A stretch of 64,000 bases of DNA from TPA_inf: Saccharomyces (taxonomy: Eukaryota). The stretch covers positions 416,001 through 480,000 of the forward strand of contig BK006936.2 of assembly GCA_000146045.2 (NCBI GenBank), written 5' to 3'. The position numbers and the translations under genes were made by a program. Below are positions 31,709 to 42,871 of the stretch, one piece after another; the first letter of the stretch is position 1; each line of letters begins with the position of its first letter. Under the pieces are notes generated by a model. That model had not been told where the DNA came from, made no database searches, and saw nothing but the letters and a program-made list of their open reading frames with translations.

Positions 31709-33316
31709 ATGAGTATAACAAGTGAAGAACTAAACTACTTGATATGGAGGTATTGTCAAGAGATGGGACACGAGGTGAGTGCATTAGCATTGCAGGATGA
31801 AACAAGAGTATTGGAATTTGATGAGAAGTATAAAGAACACATTCCTTTGGGTACACTGGTGAATCTAGTACAAAGGGGAATCTTGTATACAGAAAGTGAG
31901 TTAATGGTTGATAGTAAAGGTGATATCAGCGCTTTAAATGAACATCATCTTTCTGAAGATTTCAATTTGGTTCAGGCGCTGCAAATAGATAAAGAAAAAT
32001 TTCCTGAGATCTCTTCTGAAGGAAGGTTCACTTTGGAAACCAATTCCGAGAGTAATAAAGCAGGTGAAGATGGCGCTAGTACTGTTGAAAGAGAAACCCA
32101 AGAGGACGATACTAATTCTATTGACAGTAGTGATGACCTAGACGGATTTGTCAAAATACTGAAGGAGATAGTAAAATTAGATAATATTGTTTCCTCCACT
32201 TGGAATCCATTGGATGAATCTATACTCGCATACGGTGAAAAAAATTCTGTTGCAAGACTAGCGAGGATAGTAGAAACCGATCAAGAAGGGAAAAAATACT
32301 GGAAACTCACGATAATAGCGGAGTTGAGACATCCTTTTGCTCTGAGTGCAAGTAGTGGTAAAACGACGAATCAAGTCACATGTCTTGCTTGGTCACACGA
32401 TGGTAATTCAATTGTCACGGGTGTAGAAAATGGTGAGCTAAGACTATGGAATAAGACGGGGGCACTTCTGAATGTTTTAAATTTTCATAGAGCACCTATA
32501 GTATCCGTTAAATGGAACAAAGATGGAACACATATCATATCCATGGACGTGGAAAATGTCACTATACTCTGGAATGTTATAAGCGGGACCGTCATGCAGC
32601 ACTTTGAATTAAAAGAAACCGGTGGCTCATCCATCAACGCAGAGAACCATAGTGGCGATGGTTCACTTGGGGTTGACGTTGAATGGGTAGACGATGACAA
32701 ATTTGTCATTCCTGGCCCTAAAGGTGCTATATTTGTATACCAAATTACAGAAAAAACGCCCACTGGTAAACTTATTGGACACCATGGACCTATCAGCGTT
32801 TTGGAGTTCAATGACACCAATAAACTTCTACTTAGTGCCTCAGACGATGGTACTCTAAGAATATGGCATGGCGGTAACGGCAATTCTCAGAATTGCTTCT
32901 ACGGACACTCACAAAGCATAGTATCGGCATCATGGGTCGGTGATGATAAGGTAATATCCTGCTCGATGGATGGCTCCGTTCGCCTATGGTCGCTGAAGCA
33001 GAATACGCTATTGGCTCTATCAATCGTGGATGGTGTCCCAATTTTTGCTGGAAGAATATCACAAGATGGACAGAAGTACGCAGTTGCTTTCATGGATGGG
33101 CAGGTAAACGTCTACGATTTAAAAAAACTGAACAGCAAGTCACGAAGTCTTTATGGTAACCGTGATGGGATTTTGAATCCATTACCAATTCCCCTCTACG
33201 CTAGCTACCAAAGCAGCCAAGACAATGATTATATATTTGATCTGTCATGGAACTGTGCGGGAAACAAGATTTCTGTAGCATACTCGCTTCAAGAAGGTTC
33301 AGTTGTAGCCATATAA
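31709..33316 (+). CDS. SIF2: Set3C histone deacetylase complex subunit; LisH N-terminus and WD40 repeats (535 aa)
   Basis: The N-terminal LisH-like motif is SEELNYLIWRYCQEMG. The C-terminus has WD repeats, for example LRLWN and LRIWHG. Confidence 0.88.
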   Translation: MSITSEELNYLIWRYCQEMGHEVSALALQDETRVLEFDEKYKEHIPLGTLVNLVQRGILYTESELMVDSKGDISALNEHHLSEDFNLVQALQIDKEKFPEISSEGRFTLETNSESNKAGEDGASTVERETQEDDTNSIDSSDDLDGFVKILKEIVKLDNIVSSTWNPLDESILAYGEKNSVARLARIVETDQEGKKYWKLTIIAELRHPFALSASSGKTTNQVTCLAWSHDGNSIVTGVENGELRLWNKTGALLNVLNFHRAPIVSVKWNKDGTHIISMDVENVTILWNVISGTVMQHFELKETGGSSINAENHSGDGSLGVDVEWVDDDKFVIPGPKGAIFVYQITEKTPTGKLIGHHGPISVLEFNDTNKLLLSASDDGTLRIWHGGNGNSQNCFYGHSQSIVSASWVGDDKVISCSMDGSVRLWSLKQNTLLALSIVDGVPIFAGRISQDGQKYAVAFMDGQVNVYDLKKLNSKSRSLYGNRDGILNPLPIPLYASYQSSQDNDYIFDLSWNCAGNKISVAYSLQEGSVVAI

Positions 33317-33666
33317 TAACTAGGTACAGTACATAAACAGATGAATTTTATCATTCTTATTGTTATTTCTTTGTTTACAAAAGGTGAAAAGTGAAAAATT
33401 TCGCAATGGAAAACGTCGCGGGCCGCCTTTGAGTGACGTTGTGCAGGAATCTCGAAGAGTCATCACTTTGAAGATAACGGCCGCTCGCGATGAGAGAAGA
33501 CAATGAGCATTGCTTTTTTATAATTTTTTATACCTTGTGTTAAAATAAGTTTCTTTAATTAGTTTTCACCTCTTGGATGATACAACTGTAATTGATAAAT
33601 AGGGGTAGCCATAAAGAACAGAAAAAAGCGGCGCAATAATTTCGTGTATTACAATTACAGTTAGTC

Positions 33667-34656
33667 ATGAGTGAAGAATTTCCTACGCCGCAGCTTTTGG
33701 ATGAATTGGAAGATCAACAGAAAGTTACCACGCCGAATGAGAAGAGAGAGTTAAGTTCTAATCGTGTGTTGAAGGATATTTTTGCGGGTACCATCGGTGG
33801 TATTGCACAAGTTCTTGTAGGGCAACCGTTTGATACAACAAAAGTTAGGCTTCAAACAGCCACCACAAGAACAACAACGTTGGAGGTATTGCGTAACTTG
33901 GTAAAGAATGAGGGTGTGTTTGCATTCTACAAAGGTGCGTTAACACCGTTATTGGGTGTTGGTATATGTGTCTCAGTACAATTTGGTGTGAATGAGGCGA
34001 TGAAAAGATTTTTCCAAAATTACAACGCTTCTAAGAACCCGAATATGAGCTCACAGGACGTAGATCTTTCACGTTCAAATACTCTGCCACTATCCCAGTA
34101 CTACGTTTGTGGGTTGACAGGTGGTGTAGTCAATTCATTCTTGGCATCGCCCATTGAACAAATAAGAATTCGTTTGCAGACGCAAACATCTAATGGTGGA
34201 GACAGAGAATTCAAAGGTCCTTGGGACTGTATTAAAAAATTGAAAGCTCAAGGTGGATTGATGAGGGGTTTATTTCCCACAATGATAAGAGCCGGACATG
34301 GGCTTGGTACATATTTTCTTGTCTACGAAGCATTGGTTGCCAGAGAAATTGGTACGGGACTAACAAGAAACGAAATTCCTCCTTGGAAATTATGCTTATT
34401 TGGTGCATTTTCCGGGACAATGTTGTGGTTGACAGTATACCCATTGGACGTTGTGAAATCCATTATACAAAACGATGATTTACGAAAACCTAAATACAAG
34501 AATTCCATTTCTTACGTAGCAAAGACCATTTATGCAAAAGAAGGTATCAGAGCCTTTTTCAAAGGGTTTGGGCCAACAATGGTTAGGTCCGCGCCCGTTA
34601 ATGGTGCGACATTCCTGACGTTTGAATTAGTCATGAGATTTCTGGGGGAAGAGTAG
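33667..34656 (+). CDS. YMC2: Mitochondrial carrier family protein (329 aa)
   Basis: It has three carrier signature repeats, for example PFDTTKVRLQ, and six transmembrane segments. Confidence 0.85.
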   Translation: MSEEFPTPQLLDELEDQQKVTTPNEKRELSSNRVLKDIFAGTIGGIAQVLVGQPFDTTKVRLQTATTRTTTLEVLRNLVKNEGVFAFYKGALTPLLGVGICVSVQFGVNEAMKRFFQNYNASKNPNMSSQDVDLSRSNTLPLSQYYVCGLTGGVVNSFLASPIEQIRIRLQTQTSNGGDREFKGPWDCIKKLKAQGGLMRGLFPTMIRAGHGLGTYFLVYEALVAREIGTGLTRNEIPPWKLCLFGAFSGTMLWLTVYPLDVVKSIIQNDDLRKPKYKNSISYVAKTIYAKEGIRAFFKGFGPTMVRSAPVNGATFLTFELVMRFLGEE

Positions 34657-34880
34657 GAGAGTATATATGAAAACATCGTTTTATAGATATAGACATAGAC
34701 ATGCTGTTATCATACCAAATAGAAAAGTGTACAGTCTTTTAGTGATTATCATCTATGTGGTGTCAAACTAAGAAATTATATCGATCGTTACAGAATATAT
34801 GATGAGGGAATATGCATAAAAAAAAATCTAAAGTTAGTGAAGAGAAAAGGGTATGCAGGTAAAAACGAATATATCACACA

Positions 34881-35969
34881 TCAAGCAAACTCAAAAGAAC
34901 AATCACTGGACTCGACTTTATTTTTCAAAGATGGTACTAATTCCAGCTGTTGGAACTTTTCAGCATCTTGATGATAGTAAAACCCTTGAATGTTCCCGGT
35001 AACTTGATCATGGACAATGTAATAAAACCCATCATAAGATGCGCCGTCTACACCTTCCATTAATAGGGCATCTGGTACCAAAAATTTTTCCTTCCATTTC
35101 ATAAATATAAACCGTTCGTTCAAGTAGTTGTCAAATTGTTTCTCTTGGCTAAAAATTCTTGATATGTTACCAGCGTCTGCGCTTGGTGTAGTAGGAAGCT
35201 GCTGTGGAGGCAACTTCTTGGCTGCATTTGTAGTGCCATTGTCGTCAGTTGAGTTGAGACCGTTTTTTTGGCTCATCAGGAAAAGCTGTCTAAAGGAGGG
35301 GAAATTTATCCAGTGTTCTAAGTCTGTTTGGTCTGTGGCTTTGAATTCGTTTAAAACAGGTTCATCTTTCCAGCTAGAGGACAAGAACCCTAATTCCTTG
35401 TGGTTTACCGCGTAGGCTTCAAAATATGTACTGATTTCCGGGTGTTGGTTCGTGAGTCCTCTTATCGACAAAAATCCAGATAAATGAGGGGACAGCGACG
35501 TGCAATCTTTCTTTGGCAAATCTACAGTCTTTAAGTTAACTGTTACCTGATAGCGTTTGTATCCTGATATCTGGTACCCTGTAAACTGCATTCTTGGTCT
35601 TAAGTAGTTTGTGCAAACCGTATGGTTATAGGAAGAGGTCACAATGACTGGATTTTCCGAACTATAGGGAGATTGGTCCTCAACAATATATTTCTTCCTT
35701 GTCGACCCATTAGGTGTATGGGCGAGTTGCTGCAGGGAAGACAACGAATCCCTAGAAGCGCACTTGTAAAGATCTTGCTCTTGTAAGTAGCGATGACGGT
35801 CATGAAGATGAAAGGGTGCGGTTGAAGTCAAGTTGAACGTGATCGGATACTGATTTCTAGAAACAGGGGGGGCTGGTGTTGGTTCTGGCGAAGCCGCTTG
35901 CTCCGACTGCTTTGATGTCACAGCTTTGGGTTTCTCCGCTACACTGTCTACCTTAGGATTATTGATCAT
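34881..35969 (-). CDS. VID24: GID ubiquitin-ligase substrate receptor (peripheral vesicle protein for FBPase degradation), 362 aa
   Basis: The 362-aa ORF sits in the correct genomic position. The C-terminal beta-barrel region is conserved. Confidence 0.8.
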   Translation of the reverse strand: MINNPKVDSVAEKPKAVTSKQSEQAASPEPTPAPPVSRNQYPITFNLTSTAPFHLHDRHRYLQEQDLYKCASRDSLSSLQQLAHTPNGSTRKKYIVEDQSPYSSENPVIVTSSYNHTVCTNYLRPRMQFTGYQISGYKRYQVTVNLKTVDLPKKDCTSLSPHLSGFLSIRGLTNQHPEISTYFEAYAVNHKELGFLSSSWKDEPVLNEFKATDQTDLEHWINFPSFRQLFLMSQKNGLNSTDDNGTTNAAKKLPPQQLPTTPSADAGNISRIFSQEKQFDNYLNERFIFMKWKEKFLVPDALLMEGVDGASYDGFYYIVHDQVTGNIQGFYYHQDAEKFQQLELVPSLKNKVESSDCSFEFA

Positions 35970-36425
35970 GACTCAAGCTTGCGATATGTGTTGGTGTCAT
36001 GCACAAGACGCCACAAATGATAGAACAGAAAAGAAAGTGAACTAATCTTCCAAGACGAAGAAAACCAAAATCCGGGATGAGTTGAAAGTCAAAAAGACTG
36101 TATATATAAATTTCAACTTTTGTAGAAGATGCAGAAAAAGAAAATGATATGGTATGCAGAAAAAGAAATAAACCGCTATTATCCTCGCGGTTTGTCATTA
36201 TAACAGGCAATTACACTAGAGAAAGCCGCACACCTCCCTCCGTTTCTTTTGCCCTGCGAGTTTTTCCGGAAAAGAAAAAAAAAACGAAAATTAAAACCCG
36301 CCTGCCCCGCGGGGTGGGGGAGGGGTCACCGGAACAAATCGGATAATCCCTCGCCTGCCTTAGATATCGTTCTGAACGGCTGAAATTATGAAAGAAGAAG
36401 AACATCACTTTACACGGATCGCACG

Positions 36426-36441
36426 CCCATAATTCTTTTTT
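36426..36441. repeat. Poly(dT) tract (T16) about 215 bp upstream of PHO88 ATG
   Basis: A homopolymer run read directly. Poly(dA:dT) tracts exclude nucleosomes in yeast promoters. Confidence 0.8.
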
Positions 36442-36657
36442 TTTTTTTTTTCATATCTTCGACGTTTGCCACTGCCTTCTCTTTTTCTTTCTTTTTTGGC
36501 GGCCGGTGGCCAAACGCGCCAAAACCGAAACGCTTATAAAATGTAGTTGCCTTGCTCTTTCATTCGATATACATATAAGAACGCTCACTGTTATCTTACA
36601 TTAGAAGCTAGAAACTATAACAGTATAACACAGCACAAGAGAACCGAGCAGCCCGCC

Positions 36658-37224
36658 ATGAATCCTCAAGTCAGTAACATCATCATCATGTTGGTCATGA
36701 TGCAACTCTCCCGTCGCATTGACATGGAGGACCCAACCATCATCATGTACATTAGAATTTTATACTGTTCTTCCATCGGTATCTCTTGGATCATCTACCA
36801 AATGGCCAGAAAGAGAATTGTTGCTAAAAACGACATGACTACCATGAAGTACGTCGAACCTGGTAATGCTATGTCCGGCGAAGGTGAGAAGCTGCAAGTT
36901 ACTACCGTCAGAGACTACGATTTGAAGGAAATAGACAGTGCTATCAAGTCTATCTACACTGGTATGGCTATGATGGGTTTCATGCATTTGTACTTGAAAT
37001 ACACCAACCCATTGTTCATGCAATCCATTTCTCCAGTGAAAAGCGCTTTGGAACACAACGAAGTGAAAATTCACCTCTTCGGTAAGCCTGCAACCGGCGA
37101 TTTGAAGAGACCATTCAAGGCTCCATCTTTGTTTGGTGGTATGGGTCAAACTGGTCCAAAGACCGACAAGAAATCTATCGAAGAAGCTGAAAGAGCCGGT
37201 AACGCTGGTGTTAAGGCTGAATGA
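36658..37224 (+). CDS. PHO88: ER membrane protein of the SND (SRP-independent targeting) pathway / phosphate-transporter maturation (188 aa)
   Basis: The supplied ORF is 225 aa. The annotated start is the internal ATG at 36658 (MNPQVSNIIIMLVMMQL), giving 188 aa with an N-terminal transmembrane helix. Confidence 0.85.
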   Translation: MNPQVSNIIIMLVMMQLSRRIDMEDPTIIMYIRILYCSSIGISWIIYQMARKRIVAKNDMTTMKYVEPGNAMSGEGEKLQVTTVRDYDLKEIDSAIKSIYTGMAMMGFMHLYLKYTNPLFMQSISPVKSALEHNEVKIHLFGKPATGDLKRPFKAPSLFGGMGQTGPKTDKKSIEEAERAGNAGVKAE

Positions 37225-37792
37225 TTCGATCAAAAGCGAAGTATTTTTTTTTCCTAGTTTTTATGTAAAAATATATTCATTTTTTTCTCTACGCAGTTGC
37301 TGCAGTGTTATAAGAAAAATAGAATGAAATAAGATAAAGCTAGACGAATTGTGTCTATTTTCCTACATCGCCATAGAATTGCTTTTTTTTTCTTGATTAG
37401 ATGAAATGAAAACAAGGAACTCTATTTGTTTTCATTTTGTTGGGCTTATCATGTAAAGAAAAATGAGTCGTGTCCTCTTTTTCCTCGTGCTTGTATGACT
37501 GCCGCACTTTCCGCTAAGTGCGCTCGTCTATATGATTTTATGCAAATATATACTGAAAGTTCAACAAAATTAAACTATGTGAACATTAGTTCATAGCAGC
37601 CATTGGCCCGTTGTGTCGGGATCTCTACACTAAATTGTAATGTCTCTGGGATTTTGTGGGGTGTCATTGCAGATATGACGAACCGGATATTACTGATAAT
37701 GACGATGATTCATGAAGGTCTTCAGGTTCATATGTACAAAAAAGGTAGAGCTGTGGTTTTTTATTGTATCTTGGTGAATATTCTTTATAGTG

Positions 37793-38530
37793 TTACTCGC
37801 TGGTAAACTGAATCGATTGGAGTACAACTGCTAGAACTCTGTTCCTGAGACTTCGTGTTGAAGTGACAATGGATTCTCTCATTATTTTCGTGTGCCCTGC
37901 CAATATGACGGAAGTCAACGGTAATCTTTCCACCGCCATCCCCGTTTCATTATAAATGTAGGGTACAATTGCATCGTTATACGGGTGCATAGTATTACCA
38001 TAGCCAAGAGCCAAACCCTCACAGCTTTCTCTCGGTATTTCTATACTGAATTGCCGCAAGTTTTTGTCTTGTGTTTCTGGTTCAAAATATAACTTTGAGC
38101 TAAACCAGGTAATTTGTTCGATGTTCTCTTTCGTTACGTGCACAATGCTGGCGTCAGCTAACTTTATCATGGTCTTCTGTTCAAATTTTATCGGCCACAT
38201 AATGACACCGTACTCTGCCTTCAGCCACTGCAATACCACTTCATTGCGGTTATCTGTCCCGCAATAGCACAAAAACATCGGCACCTCCATTTTTGAGTTC
38301 CCCAAGAAAATGAACTTAGAGTAAGTGCCCTCATCTAAATTAGAGATGTCCAACCTCATTTCGTAACGGATATACTCGTCAGCGGCGGTACCACCATCAG
38401 GATCACTGGGTACTCGAATGGTTTGAATGTCTAAATCTACTTCCAGGTTTAGCAATTGGTTCAACTTTGCTATACCATTTTCCAGTGAAAGTTGCTTGCT
38501 GATTCCTAAAAACTTCCAAGTATAAGGCAT
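37793..38530 (-). CDS. IML3: Kinetochore COMA/Ctf19-complex associated protein (245 aa)
   Basis: The supplied ORF was trimmed to the ATG at 38530 (MPYTWKFLGISKQ), verified on the minus strand. Confidence 0.8.
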   Translation of the reverse strand: MPYTWKFLGISKQLSLENGIAKLNQLLNLEVDLDIQTIRVPSDPDGGTAADEYIRYEMRLDISNLDEGTYSKFIFLGNSKMEVPMFLCYCGTDNRNEVVLQWLKAEYGVIMWPIKFEQKTMIKLADASIVHVTKENIEQITWFSSKLYFEPETQDKNLRQFSIEIPRESCEGLALGYGNTMHPYNDAIVPYIYNETGMAVERLPLTSVILAGHTKIMRESIVTSTRSLRNRVLAVVLQSIQFTSE

Positions 38531-38821
38531 TCCATCCAAAGGAAGTACGTTGATACCTATAGACAATCAAATCAACCATGCAGTCGACCAGATCATCCCA
38601 CTATGGTTGTTGTCTATTTCATATCGGTGTCGGCATTTTTTTTTCCCGTAGTACCACTGGATCTGCCTAAATCGCGCTTCAGGAAAACCAGGGACCACCC
38701 TATTTTTTTATATTTCATCATCTAAATTAAGTGTATACATATATGGATAAAGTCATTTTGAGTTTACATAATCGTATGTTCGAGAGAGGTCTTTCATAAA
38801 AAAATCAAGTTATCAACCAGC

Positions 38822-39756
38822 ATGGGATTTTGGGAGAACAACAAAGATTCCATCACTTCAGGGCTGAAGAGCGCCGGTAAATATGGTTACCAAGGAACAA
38901 AGTACGTTGCCAAGACAGGGTATAAGGCAAGTAAGAAGCACTATAACAACAGCAAAGCGCGTAGGGAAAGGAAGAGTGGTAAGAAAAATTCAAGTGATGA
39001 GGAGTATGATAGCGAAGATGAGATGGAGTACGAAAGAAAGCCGACCGATATAAGAAGTTTAAAAGACCCAAAGTCCTTTCCTCCCCCACCTTTGAAACCT
39101 GGACAAAAAACTTATACAGGACAACAGCAACAGCAAATGCCAAATGGTCAGGCCAGTTATGCTTTTCAGGGTGCATACCAAGGCCAACCTGGCGCAGGAT
39201 CGACGGAACAGTCACAATACGCACAACCACAGTATAATCAGTATCCACAACAGCAGCTGCAACAAGGTGTAATGCCACAGCAACAGCAGCTGCAACAAGG
39301 TGTAGTGCCACAGCAGCCGCCTATATATGGAGAGCAAGTACCACCGTATGGGTCAAATTCTAATGCAACCAGCTACCAGTCGCTGCCGCAACAAAATCAA
39401 CCCCAAAATGCAATTCCAAGTCAGGTATCTCTGAACTCTGCTTCTCAGCAAAGCACAGGGTTTGTCTCGCAAAATCTGCAATATGGTACCCAATCAAGTA
39501 ATCCGGCACCATCACCGTCTTTCCAGAACGGTCTTCAGTGTCATCAGCAGCCGCAATACGTATCACATGGCTCAACCAATCTCGGACAATCCCAATTTCC
39601 ATCGGGCCAACAGCAGCAGCCCACGACACAGTTTGGCCAGCAAGTTTTACCATCACCTGCACAACCACAACAGCAACAACAAGGGCAACCATTACCGCCC
39701 CCGCGCGGTCAAGTGATCTTGCCAGCGCCCGGAGAGCCTCTGTCAAATGGCTTTGG

Positions 39757-39791
<35 letters not shown>

Positions 39792-41665
39792 CTCTGAACC
39801 AAAACAACGCTTTGTTGCCACAAATGAACGTGGAAGGAGTTTCTGGGATGGCTGCGGTTCAGCCTGTCTATGGCCAAGCCATGTCAAGTACTACAAACAT
39901 GCAAGATTCGAACCCCAGCTATGGAGCTTCACCCATGCAAGGTCAGCCTCCAGTCGGTGGACAACCGCCTGTGCCTGTAAGAATGCAGCCACAGCCACCG
40001 CAACCAATGCAACAGGGAAACATCTATCCGATTGAGCCTTCTCTTGATTCTACTGGCTCAACCCCACATTTTGAAGTTACTCCATTTGACCCAGACGCAC
40101 CTGCTCCGAAGCCCAAAATCGATATTCCCACTGTAGACGTTAGTAGCCTTCCACCACCTCCCACTCATAGGGATAGAGGAGCAGTTGTACACCAGGAACC
40201 TGCGCCAAGTGGGAAAATACAGCCTAACACAACCTCTTCGGCGGCTTCATTGCCAGCAAAGCATTCAAGAACTACTACTGCAGACAATGAAAGGAACTCT
40301 GGAAACAAAGAAAACGATGAAAGTACCTCCAAGTCGTCCATTTTAGGACATTATGATGTAGATGTCAACATCATGCCACCTCCAAAACCTTTCAGACATG
40401 GACTTGATTCTGTACCTTCTGAGCACACCACGAAGAACGCACCAGAACGGGCAGTGCCAATTCTACCTCCTCGGAACAATGTTGAGCCTCCTCCTCCCCC
40501 ATCACGAGGCAATTTTGAGAGGACAGAGTCGGTGCTGTCAACGAATGCCGCTAATGTACAGGAGGATCCCATTTCTAATTTTTTACCTCCACCGAAGCCA
40601 TTTAGACATACTGAAACTAAACAAAATCAGAATAGTAAAGCATCACCTGTAGAAATGAAGGGTGAAGTTTTGCCAGGGCACCCCTCTGAGGAAGATAGAA
40701 ACGTTGAACCATCGTTGGTACCTCAATCGAAACCGCAATCGCAATCTCAATTCAGAAGAGCTCATATGGAGACACAGCCTATTCAAAACTTCCAGCCACC
40801 ACCAAAACCATTTAGGCGTTCACAATCGTCCAATTCTAGTGATAGTTCTTATACTATCGACGGACCTGAGGCAAATCATGGGCGTGGGCGTGGGCGTATA
40901 GCTAAGCACCATGATGGTGATGAATACAACCCCAAGAGTGAGAATTCTACAGAAAACGGTCGTTTGGGTGATGCCCCCAACAGCTTTATTAGAAAAAGAG
41001 CGCCAACCCCTCCGGCCCCATCCAGATCTGAGAAGTTACATGAGGGTACTATAACATCCGAAGTTGATAGTTCAAAAGATGCTAATAAATATGAAAAGTC
41101 AATACCTCCTGTAACTTCGTCTATTCAAGCGCAACAGTCTACGAAGAAGGCGCCTCCTCCTGTTGTAAAGCCAAAACCTAGAAATTTTTCTTTAAAGGCC
41201 AATGAATATCCCAAGGAACTTACTAGGGAAGCAACTGGACAAGATGAAGTTTTAAACTCCATTACCAATGAGTTGTCGCATATCAAATTAAGAAAAACAA
41301 ACGTTAATTTGGAAAAGTTAGGCGGTTCGAAAAAAGTGAAGGACTCTAGCCCTGTTCCCTCAGATCTAGATGAAAAATATGTGTCTGCATCGGGGTCTAT
41401 TACTCCACCAAGGCCTCCACCTTCTAGGTCTAGTCCAAAGAAAGTGCCGCCTGTTGTCCCAAAAAAGAATGATAACCTGAAGAAAAAGCCACCAGTGGTC
41501 CCAAAGAAAAAGCCATTACTAAAATCGCTCGAACCAAGACCTATTGAAATGGAGAGGGCCTATTCGGGAGATATTTCTGCTGCTGACGATAACTTAAATC
41601 CTTTTGAAAGATACAAACGAAATGTTGTTCCTCAAGAAGATGACAGACTGCATAAATTAAAATAA
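38822..41665 (+). CDS. AIM3: Actin-patch protein, Gln/Pro-rich with repeated PPPKPFR SH3-ligand motifs (947 aa)
   Basis: The 947-aa ORF has an N-terminal Q/N-rich low-complexity region with polyQ runs. Three PPPKPFR(H/R) repeats are followed by a C-terminal proline/lysine-rich region. Confidence 0.85.
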
Positions 41666-41918
41666 TGAAATAGCTACGCAACATTGAACTTAATACTGGC
41701 TAAATTTAGTTATCCGCCTTGGTAAACAATCCGTATCCTTTATTTAAACTGTCTTCTCAGGAACATTACTTATCTACATAAATAACATTAACCCTGTCTA
41801 CGTACAGTATATATTTGCGTGTGGTTGTCAAACTTTAGATGAAACGATACTCAACGAATACTATAAAACCAGAATGGTAAGGGTAAGATAGCGGGAGCAA
41901 AAAATCACAAGGATGCAC

Positions 41919-42362
41919 CTATTTAGATAACAAAGCAGCGAATTGTTGAATGTTGATCTCGCCTGATCCATCACTAACCTCTCTTAGCATATCATCTACT
42001 TCGGCATCAGTCAATTTTTCACCAATGGATGTTAGCACGTGTTTCAACTCAGCGGCGGAGATTAAACCATCACCGTTCTTATCGAATACTTTAAAAGCTT
42101 CTAGTAGTTCTTGTTCAGAGTCATTTGATTTGAGTTGACGAGACATCAGAGCCAAAAATTCACTAAATTCGATTTGATGGTTACCATCAACATCTATTTC
42201 GTTCATCAAATCATTTACTTCTGCTTCACTGGGCGAAAGACCCAATGACCTCATCACAGTGGCCAATTCACTTGATGAGATAGAGCCATTGTTATCTTTA
42301 TCAAAGAGGGCAAAGGCTTCTTTGAATTCAGCAATTTGTTCTTCGGTAAGATTGGAGGACAT
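41919..42362 (-). CDS. CMD1: Calmodulin (four EF-hands, 147 aa)
   Basis: The ORF begins [41 protein letters not shown], which is yeast calmodulin. Confidence 0.95.
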
Positions 42363-42871
42363 TGTACTTTTTTATTTGTATTAACTAAGCTCTTTCTTTG
42401 TAGTTCGATAGTTTCCGGTCAAGAATAAGATTTCTATCCAGTCAGAGTACCCTTGTGAGTTAACAAGATCTCTTGTTAAACACCTTCTTACGCGGGCAAT
42501 AAAAAATTCTAAGAATAAAGTCATATCACAGTACACGAAAATATAAATACATCTTGAAAATGTCTCAAATTGGGTGGAAAAGAGGGTGCTTGAATTCATT
42601 AGGACATATGGTTGATGTTCTCAGGTTCTACTTATGTTTGCTTTGTCGATTTTTGCATGCTTTGACTGTGACTTTCCTGTCTGATATCTTTGTATGGCTT
42701 GTTGCTAAAACAAGGTCAATCCAAGCAGTGATCATCTTGCACGTTGCTTCAATAGAACGCGCATATAGCAATCATCAAGTTAATTGGTCATATATCTTTC
42801 AATCAGCAATTAGCAAAGCCATTAGAGGGTAATTGTAACGGCATTTTAGGGGCTATAGTCAATTGGTGAAA

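Noticed and set aside
36760-37233. 157-aa minus-strand ORF antisense to PHO88
   Set aside because: It fully overlaps a well-supported gene on the opposite strand and has no features.
39360-40035. 175-aa (minus) and 165-aa (plus) ORFs inside AIM3
   Set aside because: They are alternative-frame readings of the CAG/CAA/CCA-rich repeat region and produce Ala/Val/Thr-rich low-complexity peptides.
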